A stretch of 58,692 bases of DNA from Elainellaceae cyanobacterium (GCA_051117555.1 JBNPEG010000001.1:45334-104025); one strand, 5' to 3'. Counted from the first letter of the stretch, positions 20,959 through 31,571 are shown. A program made the numbers and translations. The notes: a model not told the origin generated them from the sequence alone.

Positions 20959-21194
20959 CGGTGTGAATCAACTCCTGCTTGATATAAAGTCCACTTAATC
21001 CTGGATCAGTTCAATGAAAATCAGCAAAACCGCTTAAAGTGATGTCCATGCTCTGGAGCAGCCAGGGAACCGCTGATAGCCGATATCAATAGCCGGTAGC
21101 TGCTCCGAACATGCGAAGTTGTTTTCTAACAAGCCTTGGGTCAGTATTTTATCTCAATCAGCACACTCTACCGAGGTGGATGACTGGCGGATGA

Positions 21195-21304
21195 CTAGTA
21201 CCGTTTGGCAGCAATAAGCCGACCATTTGAGAGCGGTCATCTTGCCCGCGGCGTGAGCGAGACGCTCACACTATGGTTATGAAACTTCCGCCGTCTTGTA
21301 CTAG
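21195..21304. mobile_element. CTAG-bounded miniature element
   Basis: ctagtac ... gtactag termini with internal hairpin gtgagcg-aga-cgctcac, inside a ggatgact(a/g) repeat run. Confidence 0.55.
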
Positions 21305-21342
21305 GGGATGACTAATGGATGTTTTACAAAAGTCCTGATTTT

Positions 21343-21654
21343 TTAACTCCGAGTCAAGAACTCAATTCGAGGCACGAGGGGGTCTTCAACAACGCCAATG
21401 CCTGTAAAATTCCATCGGCTTAACAAACTCCCAACCTGAGTACTCGGAATAGATTCAACGGCGAAGCGATTAGCAACGCCTGAACTGTGCGTGTTGAGAT
21501 AACTCAGTGCATCTGCATGCTCTTTGAATAAAAGCAGAAACTTTGAGACTGACTCAGACTCTGCCTGGGGCGATTCTGCCGGTTGCCGTGAACGAGCCGC
21601 AAGATATTGACCATCAGCACGAGAGCGAATCAGATAATAGACTTGGGAAAGCAT
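21343..21654 (-). CDS. Conserved cyanobacterial hypothetical protein
   Basis: 103-aa ATG ORF, YYLIRSRADGQYL...FKEHADALSYLNTH; divergent from hetR. Confidence 0.7.
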   Translation of the reverse strand: MLSQVYYLIRSRADGQYLAARSRQPAESPQAESESVSKFLLLFKEHADALSYLNTHSSGVANRFAVESIPSTQVGSLLSRWNFTGIGVVEDPLVPRIEFLTRS

Positions 21655-21718
21655 AGATTCAACTGTCTCCGATTCTTGGACACGGGACGTGGTTTAGATT
21701 ATCAATCTTTAATGGATT

Positions 21719-21930
21719 TATAGCTCTATGGGCTCAGATTTGTGTGTAGCCCCCCTGATTGACTGACAGAACTTTGGTTTGCGGCCGTTGTAGACGCATA
21801 GCGGCTTCTTGCAGAGTCACTGCTGCTATACAGTCGAAACCGCCAGCCTCTGATCTTTTGTCAGTCAATCAGACCCCAGGCGCGCGGGCTACACACGTTT
21901 AGCGTCCTAACGCAAGAGCATAAAGCCACA
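21719..21930 (+). mobile_element. Repeat family A copy 3, carrying an inserted 118-bp TIR element
   Basis: Family A ends; inner 21755-21872 bounded by perfect 14-bp IR ctgattgactgaca/tgtcagtcaatcag. Confidence 0.75.
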
Positions 21931-21989
21931 GCATCGAATCTCGGGTTGATCAAGAGATGTGATTCGTAATAAAGGTTTGTATCGGACCT

Positions 21990-22017
21990 TCCGGATACGA
22001 GGCAAAATTTTCGTAAA
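21990..22017 (+). promoter_or_regulatory. Putative DIF1-type promoter of hetR
   Basis: TCCGGA, 17 nt, GTAAA, ~240 nt upstream of the hetR ATG. Confidence 0.55.
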
Positions 22018-22213
22018 TAGGTACAGGCGGTCAAGGAGACGCGATCCATATAGAGAAAGTCCGTTTATTCGAAAGAATTCAGTGATTTTCCTGATTTTCA
22101 GGAATTGGCGATGCTGTATGGATCAAAATGATTTAAGCTGAGAATGTCTTAATTCCAATCGCCTAACTTCAGATAGGGTGCTGCACATCACTACGACTTT
22201 TTGTTGTTTGTAA

Positions 22214-23137
<924 letters not shown>

Positions 23138-23186
23138 ATCAAAACTCATTAGAATTTGATGGTGCTGATGTTTAGTGTGAATCACA

Positions 23187-24242
23187 TCACGCTTGATTTG
23201 AGTATTCATCAAGGCGAGGAGCGTCGTGGATAAATGCCCCCGTCAAGAAAAGGACAGTTTCTGAGTCGAGAACACCGTTGATGGTAAGGCGATGGTCGCG
23301 TTGGAATTGACGAATCGCCTTAGTTAGGTTTGCTGAGGCTTGGGGAGTATCCAGATATCCCAACTGATGAAGATATTGCGCAGCTTCGACATTCGTTAAA
23401 TACATATCGGATGGGCGAACAATAGGAACATACTGATCTCGCCAAATGTAGTTGAACGTCGAGCGATCTAAGTGAAAAATTTCGCCTCTAGACGGATCGG
23501 CGATCGTCGCAACGCGATTCGTTAGACCCAGTAATGCAACCGCGTGAGGAAGCTTCCGATTTCCGTCAAAGAGCCAGACTGCTAATATGCCTGGGCGGTT
23601 AATCTGCTGCATGTCTTGCCAGGTTGACTGCAACTCGACCCCATCCATGTCCAGTTTCTGAGCTGCAACAATCAGTTGCGGCATTGTTGTACCCAGGCGG
23701 CTAGTTCCTGCCAATTCTGCCACGTCAGATTCTGAGGCAGAAATTCCCCAATATTTTAAGAGCGTGGCGAGTGCTGCTGGGGCACAACTACTGTCTGATG
23801 TTTGGCGATACACGCCATTTGACTGGAGATTGTTGTGAAGGGACGCATGAATCGGAGACAAAAAGTACGACTCTACGCCACTAAAGCCTGCTAACCCTAG
23901 AACGCCGACTAGGATTATGGAAAACACTTGGAGTCTAGCGGTATACCAACTCACTGTAAACGCCATGCCGCAGGCCCCAAGAAGAAACACCCTAAGCATT
24001 GTCCAGGAAATTCGCATCCCGTAAAATCGCCATTCAAGCGGTAGAGCCTGCATTTGGGGAACGCTGATGGTGATGATGAGTAAAAATACATATATCCCTA
24101 AAAACGCTAGGGATGCAGGAGTCTTGCTTTTGAATAGGTCATTTGCCGTTGCGCCCTGACGGAGCATGACACGTCCTAATCGCATGCCCCAAATAAAGAA
24201 GAGTATCCCCAAGAAAAAGGTCAGCAATAATCCTGATAGCAC
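23187..24242 (-). CDS. Membrane-anchored C39-like cysteine peptidase with C-terminal peptidoglycan-binding domain
   Basis: About 4 N-terminal TMs; RQTSDSSCAPAALAT, PHAVAL, IADP; AIRQFQRDHRLTINGVLDSET. Confidence 0.8.
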   Translation of the reverse strand: MLSGLLLTFFLGILFFIWGMRLGRVMLRQGATANDLFKSKTPASLAFLGIYVFLLIITISVPQMQALPLEWRFYGMRISWTMLRVFLLGACGMAFTVSWYTARLQVFSIILVGVLGLAGFSGVESYFLSPIHASLHNNLQSNGVYRQTSDSSCAPAALATLLKYWGISASESDVAELAGTSRLGTTMPQLIVAAQKLDMDGVELQSTWQDMQQINRPGILAVWLFDGNRKLPHAVALLGLTNRVATIADPSRGEIFHLDRSTFNYIWRDQYVPIVRPSDMYLTNVEAAQYLHQLGYLDTPQASANLTKAIRQFQRDHRLTINGVLDSETVLFLTGAFIHDAPRLDEYSNQA

Positions 24243-24567
24243 GTCGGAATTCCTTTTGTGGTGAATAATATCGAACGAGATGAAGGGAATGGGGAATTTA
24301 GATCGGTCGGCAGGTTGAATAAAGAGGGCACACCATCATTACAGGATTGCGAAACAATGCAAATTAAATAAGCCCCAAATAAGTGCCTCAATATTCTTAC
24401 AGAAGATAAATATAGATTCCGCAGAACTCCTATTAAGATTCTACGAATATTTTGGGTTACGTCTGACCGGGCGCTTGCAGCATCCGATCAGCACTTCTTT
24501 ATCACGAGTGACATCCCCGAATGCAGTATTCTCAAAATGAGCAATGAAGAGACGGTTGTGAATTCAT

Positions 24568-25809
24568 ATGCAACTGAATCGAGAGCATCAACGAGGTGTT
24601 CTGTTGAGGTTAAAAATGGCGATCGCCCTGCTAGGAGTGTCGTTCGTCATTCCCTCTCTAACCCTAGCCTCACCTCCCTCCAGATTGCAGACGTCCCAGT
24701 ACCTACGGATGGTAGGGTCGAATCATCAGGGAATCACGTTAACATCGGTGCTAGAACTATTTGTTCCATCGTTTCCATCGTTTAATAGCTCGCGCTTAGA
24801 TGCACAATTGCGCCAATATTCGGTGTATTTGGCGAATTTAGGCGCTCCCGATGTGTTAATCGTGGGGAGTTCGCGATCGCTTCAGGGAATTGATCCCACC
24901 GAGTTTCGGCGTGCGCTCATGGAGCAAGGATATCCAGAATTAACCATTTATAATCTCAGCGTAAATGGGGCGACGGCTCAAGTCGTCAATTTGATAATTC
25001 AAGATATTCTCACGCGAGAGCAGCTTCCTCACGTATTAATTTGGGCAGGGGGATCACGGGCATTTAACAGCAGCCGAGATGATACTACATACCGCAACAT
25101 CCTGGCCTCTCAAGGCTATCAGCATCTAACGACCGGAGGGCATCCCATTCCCAATTGGGGCACGGTTTTGCTAAATCAAAATCAGGGAGTAAACGAATGC
25201 TGGGACTTGCTTGACCCATGGCAGGCCATTCAATCATCGCCAGCGTCACTTACAACTCGGTTAGCATGCTTACAGTCTGACGGATCATCCTCGAGTCAAC
25301 CCTTAATCCCGCATTCGGCCATTCGTGCTCAGCGGAAGCTGCAATCCCAGCTAGATTTACAGTCTAGTGATATCGATGCAACTGGATTTCTCGCTATCGA
25401 AGAGCACTTTGATCCAGCTACTTACTATCAACGACATCCGAGGGTGTCAGGACAATATGATGCCGATTACGTGCCGTTCGAGCTCGACGGTGAACAGACC
25501 CAGGCGGCGATCGCCCTAGCTAGATTTGCTCACTATCACTGGATGCCGCTGATATTTGTGAATCTCCCCCTCAGTCAAGATTATTTAGATCCCGTCCGAC
25601 GCGACTATGAAGCTCAATTTCGCCAACATATGCAGGCGATCGCCACTCAAGAAGGGTTTGCGTTCCATGATTTCAATCACGGTGAACTCACCCAAAATCA
25701 TTACTTTGCCGACCCGAGTCATCTCAATCAGCACGGAGCCAAGGCGGTGGGGCGATCGCTTGCGACCCACTCCGTAATTCCACGGTCAACAGTTCAATTT
25801 GAGCAATAA
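24568..25809 (+). CDS. Secreted SGNH-like hydrolase/acyltransferase-fold protein (DUF1574-like)
   Basis: VGSSR, NGAT and DPSHLN blocks; N-terminal signal-like segment. Confidence 0.65.
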   Translation: MQLNREHQRGVLLRLKMAIALLGVSFVIPSLTLASPPSRLQTSQYLRMVGSNHQGITLTSVLELFVPSFPSFNSSRLDAQLRQYSVYLANLGAPDVLIVGSSRSLQGIDPTEFRRALMEQGYPELTIYNLSVNGATAQVVNLIIQDILTREQLPHVLIWAGGSRAFNSSRDDTTYRNILASQGYQHLTTGGHPIPNWGTVLLNQNQGVNECWDLLDPWQAIQSSPASLTTRLACLQSDGSSSSQPLIPHSAIRAQRKLQSQLDLQSSDIDATGFLAIEEHFDPATYYQRHPRVSGQYDADYVPFELDGEQTQAAIALARFAHYHWMPLIFVNLPLSQDYLDPVRRDYEAQFRQHMQAIATQEGFAFHDFNHGELTQNHYFADPSHLNQHGAKAVGRSLATHSVIPRSTVQFEQ

Positions 25810-26149
25810 TTTTCATGAATGCTACGTAAAGCAAATCAAATATTGCTACAAAAACCGATGAACTCTTGCGAATGACTCCCCCAACGAAAGTCGCTACAGT
25901 TAATTTGGTAACGTCATGCGAGTTTCAACGGGTGCTCAATCTCTACAGGGTGCTGGATTTGGTAAGGCGTTCCGTTCCGAATCGATTTCGACGAATTATA
26001 GGCATTGCATCATAAAGGGGGAACGCCATGAGGGGAGACAACCCTTTGATGAGTGCGCCAGGATGTCTTAAATTTCCCTTACATCGGAGCGTCGGGCACT
26101 ACTCATATCTAGGTCTAAGATTTTGAGCTATCGAGGTTTCAAAGCGATT

Positions 26150-26359
26150 ATGTATCTTGCCGAATTTGCGTTTGCAGGAACCAAAGAGCTAGCGGACGAG
26201 CTACTCATTCAAGCGCCGACGGAAGCTAAAGCGAAGCATTTTGCCAACGAATATGCGAGAAACTGGGGAATCGAGCTTTTTTCTATAGCTCCTGCCAGCC
26301 AACAAAAGTTGCGCCTCTATACAGTCTCACCAGAATCGATGCATGCCGAGGTCAACTGA
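26150..26359 (+). CDS. Small hypothetical protein
   Basis: ATG ORF MYLAEFAF... (69 aa) following a long leader. Confidence 0.55.
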   Translation: MYLAEFAFAGTKELADELLIQAPTEAKAKHFANEYARNWGIELFSIAPASQQKLRLYTVSPESMHAEVN

Positions 26360-26405
26360 TAATGTTGATCCAGATGAGCATGTTGATCCAGACGAGCACC
26401 ATTCC

Positions 26406-27926
26406 TCAGGGTCCTTGGGTCTGGGATTGGTGCCAATCAGCCGCTTTTGTCTGGATTGATTCCAATTCCTCAGATGACATCTTATCGAGGTTTGACAAAA
26501 TTAGGTTCATGCGGCCTTGAGATTTCAAGCGATCCCGGTGGCGTGCAAGAAAATCCCAGTAGAAAAAATTAAACGGGCAGGCGTCTTCACCCGTGCGATC
26601 GCGCTTATCATATCGGCACCCTTTGCAGTAATCACTCATGCGATTGATGTAGTTAGCGGATGAAGCATACGGTTTAGAAGCCAAAACACCGCCGTCTGCA
26701 AACAGCCCCATGCCGATCACATTAGTCTGCATTACCCAGTCGTAGGCATCGATAAACGCTGCATGAAACCAATTTTCTACTGCTTGCGGAGATAATCCGG
26801 CGATCAGTGCAAAATTGCTGAGGATCATCAACCGCTGAATATGGTGGGCATATGCAGTCTGTTCAACCTGCTTCAAAACCTGATGGAGACAATTCATCTC
26901 GGTCTTGTCAGCATTCCAAAAGAAATCGGGTAATGGCTGAGTGTGCTCAAACCAGTTTTGTTCTGGATAATCATCGTCTACGTGAGCATAAAGCCCTTTC
27001 ATAAATTCTCGCCATCCTAAAACCTGCCGGATAAAGCCTTCGATGCTGTTGAGGGGCAGGTCACGGTTCTCGTATGCCTGTTCAGCCGCTTGAATAACTT
27101 CAAAAGGATGAAGTAAGCCTAGATTGAGATAGGGAGAAAGCAGGGCATGCCAAAGCGTGGTTTCGCCCGTGACCATTGCATCTTGATAGGGGCCAAAGGT
27201 TGGCAAGCGATGATCAATGAAATATTCTAAAACGCTCAATGCTTGCTCGCGGGTCACCGCCCACCGAAACGGTTCGATATCACCATAGGTTGAAAATCCC
27301 TGAGACGTGACCCAATCGATGACCTCCTTTGTAGTGTCATCGGGTTCAAACCAGAGTGGTGCAGGTGGAGTAAGGTCACCCTTGGGAGGTTTACGATTGG
27401 CTTTATCAAAGTTCCATTGGCCTCCGGTGGGGTCTTTGTCGCCGTCCATTAAGACGCGGAACCGTTTGCGACTCTCTCGATAAAACGTTTCCATTAACAA
27501 AGATTTTCGCCCATCTGCCCAGTTTGAAAATGATCCATCTGTCCAAATGAAATGATTGTTTGGAACTAGAGTAATTTCACAGGACAGATCTAGGTCGTGA
27601 ATCAGTCGAGCAAAGGGGCGATCGCTCGGAGCCATGACTCGCAACTCGGCGATCTGATGCTGTTGAACCCAGTGCTTGAGAGGTGTTTCAAAATCCTCGG
27701 CAATCTCATAGGTGACTGACCATTCATCGCGACGCAGTTCGTCTGCAAAATGCCGCATTGCCGACCAAACAAGCACTAGCTTCTGTCGATGATAGGGACG
27801 CACTTGGGCATGCTGAGCTGACTCAATGAGGATAACGGGCGTCTTGGTTTTCTGATGGTCACAGGCTTGTAGAGCAGCCTGCTTCTGCCAGAGTTGATCC
27901 CCTAAAACCCAAACTCCAATTGTCAT
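26406..27926 (-). CDS. Cryptochrome/photolyase family, FeS-BCP (PhrB/CryB-type (6-4) photolyase)
   Basis: WVLGDQL, GGQWNFD, FGPYQDAM, EGFIRQVLGWRE, AHHIQRLM, DYCKGC...ACPFN Fe-S cysteines. Confidence 0.9.
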   Translation of the reverse strand: MTIGVWVLGDQLWQKQAALQACDHQKTKTPVILIESAQHAQVRPYHRQKLVLVWSAMRHFADELRRDEWSVTYEIAEDFETPLKHWVQQHQIAELRVMAPSDRPFARLIHDLDLSCEITLVPNNHFIWTDGSFSNWADGRKSLLMETFYRESRKRFRVLMDGDKDPTGGQWNFDKANRKPPKGDLTPPAPLWFEPDDTTKEVIDWVTSQGFSTYGDIEPFRWAVTREQALSVLEYFIDHRLPTFGPYQDAMVTGETTLWHALLSPYLNLGLLHPFEVIQAAEQAYENRDLPLNSIEGFIRQVLGWREFMKGLYAHVDDDYPEQNWFEHTQPLPDFFWNADKTEMNCLHQVLKQVEQTAYAHHIQRLMILSNFALIAGLSPQAVENWFHAAFIDAYDWVMQTNVIGMGLFADGGVLASKPYASSANYINRMSDYCKGCRYDKRDRTGEDACPFNFFYWDFLARHRDRLKSQGRMNLILSNLDKMSSEELESIQTKAADWHQSQTQGP

Positions 27927-27955
27927 TCTGTATGACTCAATAGCTCACCGTGATT

Positions 27956-27973
27956 AATGTAGCAATTTGTAAC
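27956..27973 (-). promoter_or_regulatory. Putative HLR1 (RpaB) direct repeat upstream of the photolyase
   Basis: Minus strand GTTACAAA-TT-GCTACATT. Confidence 0.45.
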
Positions 27974-28010
27974 GGTTAGAGCATCATGAGAGCATCACGT
28001 ATCGGAAGAT

Positions 28011-28373
28011 TTAGTCAACTGAATTAGATGACTGAGGCGATGCAGTCCCATCCTTTTTAATTAACAGTTGAATGCCGAGCGCAATTAATCCAAGCGTCGT
28101 AATTCCAAAAATCCCCATCCCCAATGCGCTCATGCCCATGACGAGCGTCCGCACAAGCACCGCAAGTTTGATCGCTAATTCATTGCCAGATGGAATGGGT
28201 TTATTCGCAAACGTTTGAGCGATTGAAATCGTCAAAAGATAAAGGGCGATCGTAAATGGGAATGAGATTAGCGCTCCGACGAAACATCGTAAGGGAGTTG
28301 GTGACGTTGACTGCCGTCCAGGAGTTTTCGAACCTGAGGACGTTGCTTGAGAATCGGGAGGTTGATTAGACAT
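28011..28373 (-). CDS. DUF3082-like membrane protein
   Basis: PTPLRC, two TMs, follows ispE as commonly seen in cyanobacteria; ATG 28373 preferred. Confidence 0.7.
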   Translation of the reverse strand: MSNQPPDSQATSSGSKTPGRQSTSPTPLRCFVGALISFPFTIALYLLTISIAQTFANKPIPSGNELAIKLAVLVRTLVMGMSALGMGIFGITTLGLIALGIQLLIKKDGTASPQSSNSVD

Positions 28374-28453
28374 AGAAACCGTAGAAGGTGAACAGTACGA
28401 TAAATTTTTCAGCGGAACAATGCGGGGGAAGCTGCTGGGTGACACGGGCAGCA

Positions 28454-29398
28454 TTATTGAGCAAGCCGAATCCCTAGCGGGGCAAATTGAGTGACCCAGA
28501 CATCTAGGTCTGGATCTGCGATGGTGTTGCGAATCTGATCTTGCACCTGTTTGGCATGATCGAGAGATTCCGCCAGAGCAAAAACAGTGGGTCCAGATCC
28601 TGACATCATTGTCCCCAATGGCGTGAGGGCAGAGAGTTCATCTTTTAGCTTGGCAACCTGAGGATGAGCTGGCAACACAATTCGTTCTAAGTCATTGTGG
28701 AGCAGTTGACCGATTTTGGCATAGTCGTGGTGGCTGATTGCAGTTACGATCGCCCCTGAATGAACCCGTTCTCGACGTGCGCTCAGCCCCTGTGCATTGG
28801 ATGTATACGTATCTCCAAACTGTTGCCGATAGGTCGTATATGCCCAAGCCGTTGAGATTTCAAGATTGCGATATTTAGCTAATACGAGATACCGATTTTC
28901 TAGGGTGGGCAATGCTGATAGGTTTTCCCCACGTCCCGTTGCAAGAGCCGTTCCTCCAGCCAGACAAAATGGCACGTCTGAGCCAATCTGAGATCCTAAA
29001 TCCTGGAGTTCTGCCTGGGTGAGTCCTAATTGCCACATCAAATTTAAACCCACCAGCACGGCAGCAGCGTTCGTTGACCCTCCTGCCAGACCTGCCCCGA
29101 TTGGAATCATTTTCTGGATAGAAATTTCAACTCCTCCATACCGGTCAAATACATCTGAAAACTGCTGTCGCATCAGGTCGGCAGCGCGATATGCCAAATT
29201 GCTTGTATCCGTAGGAACGCCGGGATAATCGCAGCGCACCCGAATCTGATCAACACCGAGCGATCGCAACTCGATCTGATCTGCAAGCGCAATGCTTTGC
29301 AACACCATGGCGAGTTCGTGATACCCGTCGGGGCGATCGCCAATAATTTCTAAATAGAGATTAATTTTGGCTGGAGCAATCAGGGAATAGGATCGCAT
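28454..29398 (-). CDS. ispE: 4-diphosphocytidyl-2-C-methyl-D-erythritol kinase
   Basis: APAKINLYL, IPIGAGLAGGS, GSDVPF, MSGSGPT. Confidence 0.97.
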   Translation of the reverse strand: MRSYSLIAPAKINLYLEIIGDRPDGYHELAMVLQSIALADQIELRSLGVDQIRVRCDYPGVPTDTSNLAYRAADLMRQQFSDVFDRYGGVEISIQKMIPIGAGLAGGSTNAAAVLVGLNLMWQLGLTQAELQDLGSQIGSDVPFCLAGGTALATGRGENLSALPTLENRYLVLAKYRNLEISTAWAYTTYRQQFGDTYTSNAQGLSARRERVHSGAIVTAISHHDYAKIGQLLHNDLERIVLPAHPQVAKLKDELSALTPLGTMMSGSGPTVFALAESLDHAKQVQDQIRNTIADPDLDVWVTQFAPLGIRLAQ

Positions 29399-29535
29399 AG
29401 CTCTGTTAAGTTACTACAGATTGTTTATCGACAAGGAATAGACCTGAATTGTACGCTGAGCGATTACTCTAAAACACAAAGTAATAGGAAAGAACATCAT
29501 AGACTGATACCCCTAATCATTCGCTTGACCGTCAA

Positions 29536-30378
29536 TCAACGGTTGGATAGTTCTCGCTGACTGAGATGATTGCTTAATGCAATCCAATCCGTTACGCCCA
29601 AATCTTCGGCACGCGCTTGAGGATTGAGATCTAGCCTCTCTAGCACCTCAATCAGGCGATCGCGCTCAATCAAATTTTTGAGATTGTTTCGCAGCATTTT
29701 ACGCTTAGCGTTAAACCCCAGTTTGACAAGCAGCTCCAAATCTCGGGGATTTTCAACTGAGGGGGCTATAGAGCGAGGGCGCAGTCTCACCACAGCAGAT
29801 TCTACGGCTGGCGGAGGCGTAAAGGCTTTTGGAGGAACCCCACACACGAGCTCACAATCTGCCAAATATTGAATACGCACTGATAACGCACCAAAATCAC
29901 TAGACCCCGCTTTAGCACACAGTCTCATAGCTACTTCTTTTTGCACCAGTAACACAATCGTGTCAAATGCATCCAGGTTAGGAGCGGCGATTGTACCCAA
30001 CAGCTTCTCAAGAATAGGCCCGGTAATGTAATACGGAATGTTTGCAACTACTTTGTTGGGCGTGTGCCTATCTGACGTGTTTGGCAGGCTCTCGCTTAGG
30101 GTATCTAAATTGAGGCTCAAAATGTCGCCTTCAATCAGAAAAAAGTTGGGAGAATTTTGAAACGTTTTTCGCAGGGCTCTACACAAATCGTGGTCGATTT
30201 CAACGGCGACGACAGATTCTGCTAGCGAAATCAGCCATCGGGTTAAAAGCCCGGTTCCAGGACCAATTTCCAAGATGCGATCGCGCTTAGATATCTGTGC
30301 TGCGGTCACAATCTGATGGAGCACCTTCTCACTGGTGAGCCAATGCTGCCCAAACCGTTTTCGGGGTCGATGATTCAT
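29536..30378 (-). CDS. rsmA: 16S rRNA m6,2A1518/1519 dimethyltransferase
   Basis: KRFGQHWL, LEIGPGTG, VANIPYYIT. Confidence 0.97.
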   Translation of the reverse strand: MNHRPRKRFGQHWLTSEKVLHQIVTAAQISKRDRILEIGPGTGLLTRWLISLAESVVAVEIDHDLCRALRKTFQNSPNFFLIEGDILSLNLDTLSESLPNTSDRHTPNKVVANIPYYITGPILEKLLGTIAAPNLDAFDTIVLLVQKEVAMRLCAKAGSSDFGALSVRIQYLADCELVCGVPPKAFTPPPAVESAVVRLRPRSIAPSVENPRDLELLVKLGFNAKRKMLRNNLKNLIERDRLIEVLERLDLNPQARAEDLGVTDWIALSNHLSQRELSNR

Positions 30379-30649
30379 AGAGTAATCCTATAGAGAAGAG
30401 TCACGCTACCTCTTTTGAATAGTTGTACACAGGAATCTGAATAAACTGAACGGGTGCTTTGTTGTCCAGAATGGTTTGTTGCAAACGCTCTACGGTTGAG
30501 GGTGAGAAAGACTACTCACCTTTGATCAACCGCTGATCAACCGCAGGTTTGGAAAACTCAAACTGATTCTCAGCAAATTTGTGACGTATTTCTATGATTA
30601 GCCTAGTCACTGATTGATGGTAAGGGTAGCTGCCCATTTTATTCAGAGA

Positions 30650-30671
30650 TATAGCCCTACGGGCTCAGATT
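30650..30671 (+). repeat. Repeat family A, isolated left end (copy 4)
   Basis: tatagccctacgggctcagatt. Confidence 0.6.
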
Positions 30672-30794
30672 CTACGCATAAATGCCGATTATTATTTACG
30701 CTCTCATGGTTACATTTAATACATATTTTGTTTTCAATGCGATCGCCGACCGCAATGTATTTCTGATTAATCCTACTCGGAGTTCTAAATCGAC

Positions 30795-31475
30795 ATGAGA
30801 CCCATTCGTGCTGTGGTGTCAACCACTATTGCCGCCCTAAGCTATCTCATTGCAGCTTCATCCGTTATGCCAGCCCGTGCAGCCTCTCTTAGTTTTGACG
30901 TATATAATTTTACAGGCGATTCAGCAAAAGCAAAAATTACGCTCACTGAAGTGGATGAAGGCGTGAAATTTGCAGTTGACGTTGTACCATCGCCCAATAT
31001 CGGCGACCTGCGTGGTGTGTTTTTCAACGTCGCCGATGATTCTCTGCTCAGTGGCCTTTCGATAACCGGTTCTAATTTGGGGGCCTTACAGTTCAACGCA
31101 AATAATGTGATTAATTTAGGGGGAGGAGCAACCCTCAGCGGATATTCAGGTGGAAATTTTGATGCCGGTGTAGAAATTGGCAAATCTGGAATCGGCAAAG
31201 GCGATGATTTCCAGTCCGCTATGTTTACGGTTTCTCACTCCTCTGCCGTACTAACGCTAGAACAGTTCGCCAACCAATATTTTGGAGTCCGAATCACAAG
31301 CGTAGGCTTGAGCGGAACAGCCCGCAGCGGCAGCAGTAAACTAGCGGGACAAGCTCCCGTTCTGACTGAGGAACCACACGTATCAGAAGAACCGACCGAA
31401 GCTCCTGAACCCAGTGCTGCATTGGCACTAGGAGTAGTAGCAATAGGTGCCCAGCGATTCCGTCGTCAGGGATAA
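30795..31475 (+). CDS. PEP-CTERM sorting-domain surface protein
   Basis: Signal peptide (PARAA), G/S/N-rich body, C-terminal APEP + TM + RFRR. Confidence 0.85.
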   Translation: MRPIRAVVSTTIAALSYLIAASSVMPARAASLSFDVYNFTGDSAKAKITLTEVDEGVKFAVDVVPSPNIGDLRGVFFNVADDSLLSGLSITGSNLGALQFNANNVINLGGGATLSGYSGGNFDAGVEIGKSGIGKGDDFQSAMFTVSHSSAVLTLEQFANQYFGVRITSVGLSGTARSGSSKLAGQAPVLTEEPHVSEEPTEAPEPSAALALGVVAIGAQRFRRQG

Positions 31476-31478
31476 ATC

Positions 31479-31571
31479 TATAGTAATTTCAATTGCGCTC
31501 AGTACAGGAATGGTGGTGTGGGGCGCGGGGCGTCCTATACCACCGTGCTTAACTCAATCGCATCCGCTATA
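31479..31571. repeat. TATAG-bounded miniature repeat family B; a further TATAGC hairpin follows at 31576-31612
   Basis: Ends related to 9726-9787; neighbouring hairpin tatagcaaccgctc...gagcggctgctata. Confidence 0.6.
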
